From Mobula hypostoma (taxonomy: Eukaryota): a DNA stretch of 64,000 nt. The stretch spans positions 29,204,001-29,268,000 of the forward strand of contig NC_086118.1 in NCBI RefSeq assembly GCF_963921235.1. Direction: 5' to 3'. Each line of letters starts with the position of its first letter. Position 1 is the stretch's first letter. The notes under the pieces were generated by a model that worked only from the letters and a program-made list of their open reading frames with translations, had not been told where the DNA came from and searched no databases. The translations under genes and the position numbers were made by a program. Positions 50,113-61,798 of the stretch are shown one piece after another.

Positions 50113-52314
50113 TTTGTAAGAAGGGTAACTTTGAAGGTATGAGACGTGAATTAGCTAAGATAGACTGGCAAATGATACTTAAAGGGTTGACGGTGGATAT
50201 GCAATGGCAAGCATTTAAAGATCGCATGGATGAACTACAACAATTGTTCATCCCAGTTTGGCAAAAGAATAAACCAGGGAAGGTAGTGCACCCGTGGCTG
50301 ACAAGGGAAATTAGGGATAGTATCAATTCCAAAGAAAAAACATACAAATTAGCCAGAAAAAGCGGCACACCTGAGGACTGGGAGAAGTTCAGAGTTGAGC
50401 AGAGGAGGACAAAGGGCTTAATTAGGAAAGGGAAAAAAGATTGAGAGAAAGCTGGCAGGGGACATAAAAAGCTTTTATAGATATGTGAAAAGAAAAAGGT
50501 TGGTTAAGACAAATGTAGGTCCCTTACAGTCAGAAACAGGTGAATTGATCATGGAGAACAAGGACATGGCAGACCAACTGAATAACTACTTTGGTTCTGT
50601 CTTCACTAAGGAGGACATAAATAACCTTCCGGAAATAGCAGGGGACCGTGGGTCTAGTGAGATGGAGGAACTGAGGGAAATACATGTTAGTAGGGAAGTG
50701 GTGTTAGGTAAATTGAAGGGATTGAAGGCAGATAAATCTCCAAGGCCAGATGGTCTGCATCCCAGAGTGCTTAAGGAAGTAGCCCAAGAAATAGTGGATG
50801 CATTAGTGATAATTTTTCAAAACTCTTTAGATTCTGGACATGTTCCTGAGGATTGGAGGGTGGCTAATGTAACCCCACTTTTTAAAAAAGGAAGGAGAGA
50901 GAAACTGGAGATAGATCGGTTAGCCTAACATCGGTGGTGGGGAAAATGCTCGAGTCAGTTATCAAAGATGTGATAACAGCACATTTGGAAGGCGGTGAAA
51001 TCATCGGACAAAGTCAGCATGGATTTGTGAAAGGAAAATCATGTCTGACGAATCTCATAGAATTTTTTGAGGATGTAACTAGTAGAGTGGATGGGGGAGA
51101 ACCAGTGGATGTGGTATATTTGAATTTTCAAAAGGCTTTTGATAAGGTCCCACACAGGAGATTAGTGTGCAAACTTAAAGCACACGGTATTGGGGGTATG
51201 GTATTGATGTGGATAGAGAATTAGTTGGCAGACAGGAAGCAAAGAGTGGGAGTAAACGGGACCTTTTCAGAATGGCAGGCAGTGACTAGTGGGGTACCGC
51301 AAGGCTCAGTGCTGGGACCCCAGTTGTTTACAATATATATTAATGACTTGGATGAGGGAATTAAATGCAGTATCTCCAACTTTGCGGATGACACGAAGCT
51401 GGGTGGCAGTGTTAGCTTTCAGGAGGATGCTAAGAGGATGCAGGGTGACTTGGATAGGTTAGGTGAGTGGGCAAATTCATGGCAGGTGCAGTTTAATGTG
51501 GATAAATGTGAGGTTATCCACTTTGGTGGCAAAAACAGGAAAACAGATTATTATCTTAATGGCTGATTAGGAAAAGGGGAGGTGCAACGAGACCTGGGTG
51601 TCATTATACACCAGTCATTGAAAGTGGGCATGCAGGTACAGCAGGTGGTGAAAAAGGCGAATGGTATGCTGGCATTCATAGCAAGAGGATTCGAGTACAG
51701 GAGCAGGGAGGTACTACTGCAATTGTACAAGGCCTTGGTGAGACCACACCTGGAGTATTGTGTGCAGTTTTGGTCCCCTAATCTGAGGAAAGACATTCTT
51801 GCCATAGAGGGAGTACAAAGAAGGTTCACCAGACTGATTCCTGGGATGGCAGGACTTTCATATGATGAAAGACTGGATCAACTAGGCTTATACTCGCTGG
51901 AATTTAGAAGATTGAGGGGGGATCTTATTGAAACGTATAAAATCCTAAAGGGATTGGACAGGCTAGATGCAAGAATATTTGTTTCCGATGTTGGGGAAGT
52001 CGAGAATGAGGGGTCACGGTTTAAGGATAAAGGGGGAAGCCTTTTAGGACCGAGATGAGGAAAAACTTCTTCACACTGAGAGTGGTGGATCTGTGGAATT
52101 CTCTGCCACAGGAAACAGTTGAGGCCAGTTCATTGGCTATATTTAAGAGGGAGTTAGATATGGCCTTTGTGGCTAAAGGGATCGGGGGTATGGAGTGAAG
52201 ATAGGTACAGGGTTCTGAGTTGGATGATCAGCCATGATCATACTGAATGGTGGTGCAGGCTCGAAGGGCTGAATGGCCTACCCCACCTATTTTCTGTGTT
52301 TCTATGTTTCTATG
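50113..52314 (+). mobile_element. Relatively young 5'-truncated CR1 LINE (RT-containing ORF2 broken by a few stops and frameshifts)
   Basis: Consecutive ORFs 50139-52058 contain PDGLHPRVLKE, WRVANVTPLFKKG, QHGFVKGKSCLTNL, FQKAFDKVPH, GVPQGSVLGPQLF, FADDTK and LYKALVRPHLEYCVQFW. The tail is (TTTCTATG)n. Confidence 0.95.
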
Positions 52315-53534
52315 AAAACAGAGTAGGTACCACAGAATAAATGAAAATGGCAGTTTATTGTGAATCAAAAGTAGCAATTTCCTTGTTTAGAAGTTTTTAA
52401 AATCTTGGTAAATTTTCTAACAGCACCCTTTACATGGATTGCATTGTATGGAGTCATTTACTCAATATGTTTTCCTGAACTCCATTGCTTACTATGAGTG
52501 CAACTAGTACCACTGACAGCTGGCGAGGCTTGGAATTCTGTGCTGTCAAGGCCATTTAAGAAGATGGAGACTGGTTGCTTGTGGTCAGATAAAACTTGTG
52601 CTGTGCAGGACTATTAGAAGACTGGGCTTTGGAGCCAAACTGGACTGAGGCCAGGTGACCATCAAACTTAAGTGGCTTGCTAGTCATTGGAAGATTGCCT
52701 CCAGTTATCTTGTTCATAAAGTTTGCATCACAATTAAAAACAAACAATGCAATTTTAGCATATTTTTGCAAGTTTTTTTTTATAACTGTTGCTTATTTCT
52801 GCATGTGCCTTGTTTTCATAGCATAATAACCATGGTAATGTAGCAGTTAGTGCAACACCATGACAGCTCAGGGTGTTCTGGAGTTCAGAATTCAATTCCA
52901 GCACTGAGAATAAGATGGAATTTTAAGTATATAAAGAATTTTGTGTTGTTACAAATATTTACCAAATTAGTTTGTCAAATTCCAATTTTGAGATACTACT
53001 GTTGTACCTTTCTAAAGATACTAAATGTACTTGTTAGTACTGAGAAAGCCAAGTTTGTGTTTGACAAATGGTATTTGCATGATTTTTAACCTATATTCAT
53101 TCTGTCAAGCATATCAGAAATGCAGAAAGTAATGCAAGAAATGGATGTTGATTTTATTTTCCTGGACTGTTTGTTCCAAAGGCTTTCCTTATAAAGTACA
53201 CAACTGCAAATTGATTGAATTATTATTTTTAAAAATGCAGGCATATTTCCAAGCAATAAAAATTACATTGGCAGACTTGGGTTTTATATACTAATATTAA
53301 TGAATTCTGGTTATTTATTAAAATTCCTGATTTATGTGTGCTTTTGTTTGGGGATATTTTTGTTATAGCTCCCTACGATCCTGGTCATGGTGAAATGAAG
53401 AAAAACATGCTGAGCATGTATTCCACATTTCATTATTGCATTAAAAAGTAGTTCTGTATTAATTTTTGGGTTTTATCATGCAGTTGTTTCACTGTACTGT
53501 ATTATTTGCTAGGAGAGTGATATGCAGACATAAA

Positions 53535-53950
53535 ATTCAAGATTCTTTGTTTGTCACTTCCAGTACACAAGTGCAAAGGAGAATAAAATAATTGTTCCTT
53601 TGGATCCTATACAGCACAAAAAACATATGATGAGCACAATATAAAACATAATAAATATAAATATACAAGATAGTTTGTACATTGTATGTCCATAAAGTGC
53701 TGCTAGGCATAGGAGTATCTATACAGAAGGAGGTTGACAGGAAATGATAAAGTTGGAGGGGGGGAGGGGAGGTTGAGGAGGAATGAGTTAGTGGATGGAG
53801 GTGCTGATCAGTCTTGCTGCTTGAAGAAAGTAACTGTTTTTGAGTTTGGTTCTGGTGTGGATACTACATAGCATCCTCCCTGATGAAAGTGGGGCAAACA
53901 GTCCATGGGCAGGATTGGTGGTATTACTGGCCCATTTCCAGCAGGTTTCT
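53535..53950 (-). mobile_element. Rex1/Babar LINE 3' fragment
   Basis: Minus ORF NPAHGLFAPLSSGRM..SIHTRTKLKNSYF.QAARL, with tail ...GAATCTTGAAT. Confidence 0.75.
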
Positions 53951-55899
53951 TTCTGTATATATGCCCTTACGTACACACTGTCAAAATTGTGTTCAAAAGT
54001 ATGTCATCCTGATGTGATTTTTTTTCACGATAGTAACCAGCAAGCCTTTTGCGCGTAATGTGTATATTTTGCTTTGCACTTTATATCAGTACCCTAGGTG
54101 CTCATATTTATTTGATTTGCAATATTTTTTGACTTCTGTTTATGACAAATGCATGAAATCCACTTGCTGTTCTGCAGTGGTCTAAGTGGTTGTAGCAGAA
54201 TTAATTCAGAAAACTCAATCTTACTGTTTAAGGAGAGGAACTATGATTACCTACTCAACATCAGAAACGGGTCTCTGGAGTGAGTAGTAGTCCAAGGAGA
54301 AAAGGGAATGGCATTAACAATAGGATGTATTACTTGCATCTTTTTTTTTGGAATTTCCTGTAAAATGTCCAGAATTGGATGAAATATTGCCATAATATAA
54401 TTCTTTTCCCATTAGAATTCTTTCATACCCTTGAATATATTAACATTCTGTTAACAATTCTGCCAAAAATCAGTTAACAAAGGGAATCTTGATGAATGCT
54501 GAGATCTAAAGACTACTACCTTTTAATCAATGAAATTTGCACAAAGAAAACAACGGGTGAAAATGGGGTAAGTTGTGTTCATTTCAGAAAGCAAAGTAGA
54601 ATATAAGATTTTGATTAAGAATAACCTTAACTCCTCAATTTGTTACAGGGATTGAGATTGCAGTTTTAAATGTGTTCCTTTGCAAGAGCTTCATTGATGT
54701 TCTAGGAACACAGATTTTACCCTTTTTAGGACATTTGCATAGCAGCTCATATCTTCTGTAGTAGGTTTAATTGCTGAAAGATGCAAATTCATTTATTTTA
54801 CTTGTAAGCAGGGTGTAGTGAGGCTGTCAACAATAGCACAAATCAACTAACAGCCAGTAACAAAGTAGAACTCCTCTTTCCCACAAAATTCTGTTTTATG
54901 CACTAACAAGGCCATCCACAGTTAATCTGCATTTATTTTCCCAGCAATTTCCATCTCAAAATGTCATGCTTGTACATAATATCAATGCTGTGGAGCAAAT
55001 CTAAGCCATGAGTTTTTAAGCCAGTTTTAAATAGTCAAATAGTAAAAAATCATTGTAATTAGAAGAATGCTATTTACTTGATGATTGATATAAAGACATT
55101 ATTTAAAAAAAATAAATTTGCTTGTTGAAAATGAATTGTGTAGCTTAAAATGGGAATTTCAGTTTTCTGTCTTGCATGATTCTGACTAGACCTGTGTTAT
55201 GGCTATAAATCTTTCTAGATAGTGGAACCATTGCAATGGATTGGAAAGTCACAAATGTAACATTACAATTCAAAGGAGAGAAGTCAAGAAAACATGCATA
55301 CCAGACCAAATATCATGCTGTTTTTGGGAAAATACCATAATATATTATTTTGTATGTAGTAGCTGGAGATTTGGGAATTTGTTTGCAATCAGCTGGCGTC
55401 TGTATGTTTTTGTACAAGAGACAAATTCACATTGGGTACAGTATGATTTGGCTATCCCCTCTCATGAAGCAGACAGTTGGCATGAAGGTATAATTAGCAA
55501 TGAGGGAGTTGGCTTAAATCTTGACATTCATGACAAGGGGGTGAATGTAGAGGAACCTTGCTATAAGGTGTAGATGAGTTCACAAGTGGAGCACTGCATA
55601 CAATTAAGGCCCCATTTAGGAAGTATGTAGTTATATTTGGAAGCAGCTCAGATGATTCACTAAGCTATTTTTCTGAATGAAGGATTTGCCTAGAGAGGAA
55701 TGTTGAGCAGTTTGGATCTATGTTCTTTGGAGGAACAAAATTGAAATGTGTGACTCTGAATTGGCTACTATAAGTGTATATCAGTGTTGTAGAGGCCAAA
55801 TCAATGAATCTCTGCAAGGATTGAATAGGCTTCTTATCTATAGGTTATAGAGAACAGACAGTACAAAGTAAAACTGGGGCTATAGCTTGATCAGCTGTG

Positions 55900-56232
55900 G
55901 GAAAAGTAGTATCCATCCTCAAAAGTTCTCACCACCCAGGCCATGCTGTTTTCTTACTGCTGCCATTAGATAGATAAGGGTACCTGAGGTACCTGTACCA
56001 GTTACTACCCTTCAACCAAAGAAAATAGGATAACTACACTTATTTAAGGACTCTTGTATTGTTATTTCATGCTCATTATTTATTACTATTTATTTACATC
56101 TGCATTTGAACAGTTTTAGTTTACATTTACTCTTCTATAGATTTGCTGAGTATGCTTGCAGAAAAAGAATCTCAGGGTTGTATATGGTGACATCTGTGTA
56201 CTCTGATAATAAATTTTACTTGAACTTTGAAC
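55900..56232 (+). mobile_element. Rex1/Babar LINE 3' end
   Basis: Homologous to 22765-23237, ending ATAAATTTTACTTTGAACTTTGAA. Confidence 0.75.
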
Positions 56233-56941
56233 ATTGTATAGAATTATCTTGGTCTGTTCCTGATATTTATGCTCGTGTTATCAAATGTGGAAATTCTAGA
56301 GAAGTCAGTATCTTGGACTACCTAGGTTTTGGAGAAAACGCAAGGGTTGTTTTAGACTTCAGTGACTGCAAATTGAGTGGTTACTTTGTTACAATGTGTT
56401 GCTTTTATAATGTGTACCTTCTCTGCTGCTGTAGAAAGCTCACATGCCTGTGCATGTGAGTGGCATGGAGGGCAAAAAAGTGACAAAATTTACAAATCTG
56501 GATTTGTTACTACTTGTCCATAATTGATGCCTATTTAGAAAAGTAATGGGTATGTTCATGATTTACTTAGCAATTATACTAGCAACTGTCAAAAATGGCA
56601 ACATGCATGAAGTTAGATGCTTTTTTGATTCTTTCATACATTCTCATCATAAGCTTCTTAGTAAATTGATACAAACATGATTACTTCATTAAACATAATG
56701 TCCTCAAATATTTTTAATGAAAATCTGCTGTACATGAAGTTGCAGCAGAAGCTGGCACTTGGAGGAATGCATTAACTCAACAGATCTTCTTAGACTGAAG
56801 GATTAGCAATTCTTAATTGGTCTTGTATGTCAAATTCCAGTTAAAAGAAGCATTTACAATTTTGATAAGTTACAATTAGAACTATGTCATATAAAGGTGG
56901 ATAAGTGATAGTTAGACTTGGAGTGGTAAATCTTTGAACCA

Positions 56942-57028
56942 CGAGCAAGTTTCAGCCCAAAACATCGACTGTACTGTTTTCCATAGATGCTGCCTGGCCT
57001 TCTGAGTTCTTCCAGCATTTTATGTGTG
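56942..57028 (+). mobile_element. Short Penelope terminal-repeat insertion with 13-bp TSD
   Basis: Family sequence CATCGACTGTAC...GATGCTGCCTGGCC...CCAGCATTTTATGTGTG. AATCTTTGAACCA is duplicated at 56929-56941 and 57029-57041. Confidence 0.82.
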
Positions 57029-57138
57029 AATCTTTGAACCAACATTCAATTAGAATGGAATGTTTTTGATGTGTATTAATGAAATTGTATGTAATAATTT
57101 TGCAAATATTGTTTAATATCTATCATCTATCTTAATAG

Positions 57139-57238
57139 TGAGAAAGAACAAGAAACTAAAGAAGAGGACCGTTTGATGGAAGAAAAGAAAAAGAAAAAAC
57201 AAGAAGAGAAGAAGAAGAAGGAAGCTGCTCAGAAAAAG
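57139..57238 (+). CDS. TNRC6C: TNRC6C-like exon 3 (100 nt; S-EKEQETKEEDRLMEEKKKKKQEEKKKKEAAQKK)
   Basis: Acceptor AG at 57137-57138 and donor GTATTT at 57239, in frame with exon 2. MEEKKKKKQEEKKKKE.AQKK matches the TNRC6C N-terminus as I recall it; TNRC6A and TNRC6B have DD/ED at the QEE position. Confidence 0.92.
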
Positions 57239-57330
57239 GTATTTTACTTGATATTGTTTATCTTTTGCTTAATCTATTTTGGGTCATAAATTGAACCAAG
57301 TTTTATATAAGTGTTTTGTTTTTCTTTCAG

Positions 57331-57352
57331 GCTGCTGAACATAAAACCAAAG
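57331..57352 (+). CDS. TNRC6C: TNRC6C-like exon 4 (22-nt microexon; AAEHKTK)
   Basis: TTTTCTTTCAG acceptor and GTTAGT donor, after a 92-nt intron. Corresponds to AADQKTK (TNRC6C) and ATEQKIK (TNRC6A). Confidence 0.9.
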
Positions 57353-57801
57353 GTTAGTTATTGCTTTAATTTTTACCTTTATAGAAGTAAATTGCCTTTG
57401 TACAATTTTCCATAATATATTTAGTTATAAAAGTTAAATTTGATGTTTTGATAGTAGGTACCAATATTAATTGTCTGTTAATCAGTGTAGAACTTCAATT
57501 AGAACGGAATGTGTTTGGTTCATTAAATGAAAGATAACAAATAATTTTGTCTTTGTTAGTTTCCCATCTTGCTTATTTTATGCAATAGGATATTATTATT
57601 TTTATATAAAACTTTTTTCCTCTTTGAACTGGTCCTTTTCCAGTTATTTTGGTGAATTGAATTCGAGATGATATGCTTGTTTTTTTTTCTTTACCCCCTT
57701 CCTCAGCAGTCAACCTCAAACAAAATATGACGCAGATCTTACCTTTGAATGCTGTTGTATATTGTAAGTGGTAATTGGATCTACTTTTAGTGGATGGTTT
57801 T

Positions 57802-58295
57802 TTATTATCTTCTTATATAAGTTTCTACAATGCAACAACAGAAAAAAATAGTAAAAAAAAAGGAGGGTTTATACAGTGCAAAACAAACACATCAAATGTG
57901 CCGTTCATAACAGTTAAGGAAAAGCACCCATAGTATAATCGTATACCCCACCCTCCCACTACCCAACTCCAAGCCAACTATCATGATACATAGAAGTTAA
58001 TCAGAACTTTTATCGCCACAGAGCTGTATTTATAAAAATAAGGTATATTGCCTACTACCTGAGCTATATATGTTTACACACACACAAAAAAAAGTTAGTC
58101 TTAACTGAAAGAAGCTGGAAGTAAGGGTTTTAAATGCAATAAAAAGGAGGGACAAACCCTTGATCTAAACGGGAATTATGAAAACATTCAAGAAAAGGTC
58201 CTCTCACCTTTTGGAACTTTATGTCCGAATTAAGAAATGAATAATGAATCTTTTCAAGGTCTAAGCAGGACATAATGTCTCTGAGCCATTGAGCA
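57802..58295 (-). mobile_element. L1/Tx1-clade LINE 3' end with 9-bp TSD
   Basis: Minus ORF AQWLRDIMSCLDLEKIHY...FQKV.GPFL (ORF2 extreme C-terminus). GATGGTTTT is duplicated at 57793-57801 and 58296-58304. Confidence 0.8.
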
Positions 58296-59309
58296 GATGG
58301 TTTTGAATCCATAGTGCACACAATGACATGTTTACAAAAGTGGCATTCAACAGCAAAATATAATACTTGATAATTCCCATAGTTGATAAATGAACAGAAC
58401 CTAATTGCATAGTAAGGTGTTAATTGTTGCCACGTTACTACTATGGCAGGGAAAAATATATAACTGTAAAGCAAAATAACAGAACTTCACAAACGAAACT
58501 GAAAAGTGATTTATATTGGTAGTGCATCATTTTCTATCCTTTTAACAGTTTTTTTCCTTAAAACCTGTGTGTTCTGTTGTGTGAATGAAGTCACTGGAGA
58601 AAATTACTGGTCGATACAAAGCAGCTTCTTTATTTGACGAAACAAGGTACAGCAGGAATTGTATGGAACCGCTTTAGTTTGAAAGATCTGGCTGGCCCAA
58701 CATGGGGCTCAATATTTGATGTGCCAAACATCAAAGGACAAACCCATGTTTATGCACAATGCTTTCTTTGAAACTAAATGCAACCTTCACACCTCCTGAT
58801 TCACATCCCCACTGCAGACATCCAAATGAATTTTAATCAGTATTGTCTGGACTGGGATTCACAGCTTTTAGGACCCATTGTTCAGAACTGCACTCCAAAT
58901 TAAATGTACAATTCATATTCAGGTGTGAAGACTGGTGACCAAATTCACCTGCTAAATGTATATGTCCTAAACCCAAAAATCACTAACTTGTTCAATACTT
59001 TACCAATTCTGCCTTGATTTGGAACCATTCCATAACAAACATGTTAATTTGGACATCTCCAGAGTAAAAAGAGCTTAAGACAGTGAAAGTTATGCAGCAC
59101 TGTTACATTTTAGTGTCCATTCTGTGTAAAGTTTGCACAGTGGAATTCAGAACATTCTAGAGTTCTTTCGCATCCAACAATATCCATTGTCCCTAGTTCC
59201 TCAGAAGAAATGTGACCTATTGCAGCAAGGTATCATTCTCACTTCCTACAGTGGCTGGTCTTGTGTATGAATGATTTGAGATTCTTCATTGGTTGCAAGT
59301 TACGTGGTA

Positions 59310-59820
59310 ATGCACACAAAATACTAGAAGAACTTAGCAGGTCAGGCAGTATTATGGAACTGTGTGAACAGTTGACTTTTTGGGCTGAGACCCTTCAGGA
59401 CTGGAAAGGAAATGGGAAGATGCCAGAGTAAAAAGGTGGGGAGGCAAGAACAAGCTAGCAGATAACAGGTGAAGCCAGGTGGGTGAGGGAAGGGTGGGGG
59501 GGTATGAAGCAAGAAGCTGGAAGGTAATAGGTGGAAAAGGTAAAAGGCTGAAGACAAAGGAATCCGATAGGAGAGGAGAGTGCACCATGGGATAAAGGGA
59601 AGGAGCTGGGTCACCAGGGAGGGTTATAGGCAGGTTAGAAGAGGTAAGAAGTTAGATTCGCAAATGAAAATGTGGGAAATGCGGAGGGAAAAAATTACTG
59701 GAAGATGAAGAAATAGATATTCATGCTGTCATGTTGGAGGTGACCTACATGTAATTAAAAGGAGTTGCTCCTCCACCCTCAGAGTGGCCTCATCGTGGCA
59801 CAAGAGGAGGCCATGGACAT
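59310..59820 (-). mobile_element. Penelope-like element 3' fragment
   Basis: Collinear with 48350-48850: terminal repeat with a partly deleted hammerhead, purine-rich UTR, and the end of the GIY-YIG ORF. Confidence 0.82.
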
Positions 59821-60908
59821 GCATAAAAAGCTGATTGTCAAAGGAGTTTGTTTGAAGTTACCCAAACTACAAATTAAGACTACAAATTATCTGGAATAAT
59901 TCATTGGTCTGAAATGAAACAATCTCCATACACAGACTAAACATTCAAAGCTATTAATTCAATCCCCCTGCTACAGTTAGTTTTAGTATTTCTATTGAGG
60001 AATTGCATTGCATACTGGTGAATCCCCTCCCTTGCTGCTGTAGGTTGCAACATCTTTGTAAGGCATAAGCTATTATAATGCATCTTATTTATGATACAAG
60101 AAGTGTAAAATGCTTCTTTGCAAATAGCTTTGGATCTACTTGAGGTGTAACATTGAGAGCATTAACTTAAATGTAGAAATTTATGCAAATAATCAAATAA
60201 ACTAATACTTACAAGCAGTTAATTTGTAAATTTTGCCTGCAGTAACTGAAGATGTCTAGAAGTTGTTGCCTCTGCAATGAAAATATAAAGATTTGTTTCC
60301 AAGAATAGATTAAATTTTCCAGTTATCCTACTTGCATCACCTTTGACATTCATTGACAAAAGTGCCATAAAGGAACAAGTAATTATAAGATCAAATTTAA
60401 TAATAGAAAATAGCAATACATTTGGTAACCTGTATTAATCATATGTACTCATTCCTTAACTGTATGTGCTTTTATTCCTGATTATTTTTCTTTGAAGGTT
60501 CCCTAATAGATTCACAAATTTGCAAAAAGCTTTTAAATACTCTAAATTGTTAGGTTACCAATTACTTTTAATAGTTTGTTTAAAAATGGACTACAAATCA
60601 AATAGCCAACCAAATTATGAATTTATTTAGATTAAGTGGTGTAACCCCTCAGTCAGAGAGCAATTGTAACTTGAGTTTCAGTGTTGTCCTTAATGGTTGC
60701 AGTGGGTAAATTATATTAAAGCAATCAGCTTACTCTGTACAGTGTACAGCAAAATCATCATGGGTTCTGAAAATAAAATAGTCTTGGGCACCCTCCAGCA
60801 GATTTGTAGTGTTAACCTTTGGTTAGAGTTTGTGCAGAGGATGAATTTTCTTTTTAAAATTGTCAAACTGCTTTAGAAACTCTTAAAACCCAAGTATCCT
60901 TGATAATT

Positions 60909-61798
60909 CAGCAGGCCAGGCAGCATCTCTAGGAAGAGGTACAGTCAATGTTTTGGGTTGAGACCCTTCATCAGGACTAACTGAAAGAAGAGCTAGTAAG
61001 AGATTTGAAAGGGGGAGGGGGAGATGGAGATCCGAAATGATAGGAGAAGACAGGAGGGGGAGGGATGGAGCCAAGAGCTGGACAGTTGACTGGCAAAAGG
61101 GATATGAGAGGATCATGGGACAGGAGGCCTAGGGAGAAAGAAAAGGGGGAGGGGGGGGAAAAGTCCAGAGGATGGGCAAGGGGTATAGTGAGGGGGACAG
61201 AGGGAGGTGGGGCATTAGTGGAAGTTTGAGAAGTCAGTGTTCATGCCATCAGGTTGGAGGCTACCCAGAAGGAATATAAGGTGTTGTTCCTCCAACCTGA
61301 GTGTGGCTTCATCTTTATAGTAGAGGAGGCCATGGATAGACATATCAGAATGGGAATGGGACGTGGAATTAAAATGTGTGGCTACTGGAAGATCCTGCTT
61401 TCTCCGGCGGACAGAGCATAGGTGTTCAGCGAAACGATCTTCCAGTCTGCGTTGGGTCTCGCCAATATATAGAAAGCCACGGGATTCTCCCCTCCCCCTT
61501 TCTTTCTCCCTAGGCCACCCGTCCCATGATCCTCTCCCTTCTCTAGCCTGGTATCCCTTTTGCTAATCAACTTTCCAGCTCTTGGCTCCATCCCTCCCCC
61601 TCCTGTCTTCTCCTATCATTTCCAATCTCCCCCTCCCCCTCCCACTTTCAAATACTAGCTCTTCTTTCAGTTAGTCCTGACAAAGGGTCTCGGCCCGAAA
61701 CGTCGACTGTACCTCTTCCTAGAGCTGTTGCCTGGCCTGCTGCGTTCACCAGCAGTATGTGTGTTGCTTGAAATTCCAGCATCTGCAGATTTCCTCAT
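60909..61798. mobile_element. Penelope-like insertion with ~250-bp inverted arms and 15-bp TSD
   Basis: Left arm 60909-~61157 is the reverse complement of ~61485-61742. The centre (61205-61475) is GIY-YIG C-terminal sequence on the minus strand. GTATCCTTGATAATT is duplicated at 60894-60908 and 61799-61813. Confidence 0.9.
61673..61708 (+). ncRNA. Minimal hammerhead ribozyme motif with a G8A core change
   Basis: AGUC-CUGACAA-A-GGG(UCUCGG)CCC-GAAA-CGUC^GACU. Stems I, II and palindromic III are perfect, but CUGANGA is altered to CUGACAA. Confidence 0.68.

Noticed and set aside
58575..58990. Possible solo LTR (TGTTG start, minus-strand AATAAA)
   Set aside because: No clear CA end, TSD or second copy in the window.
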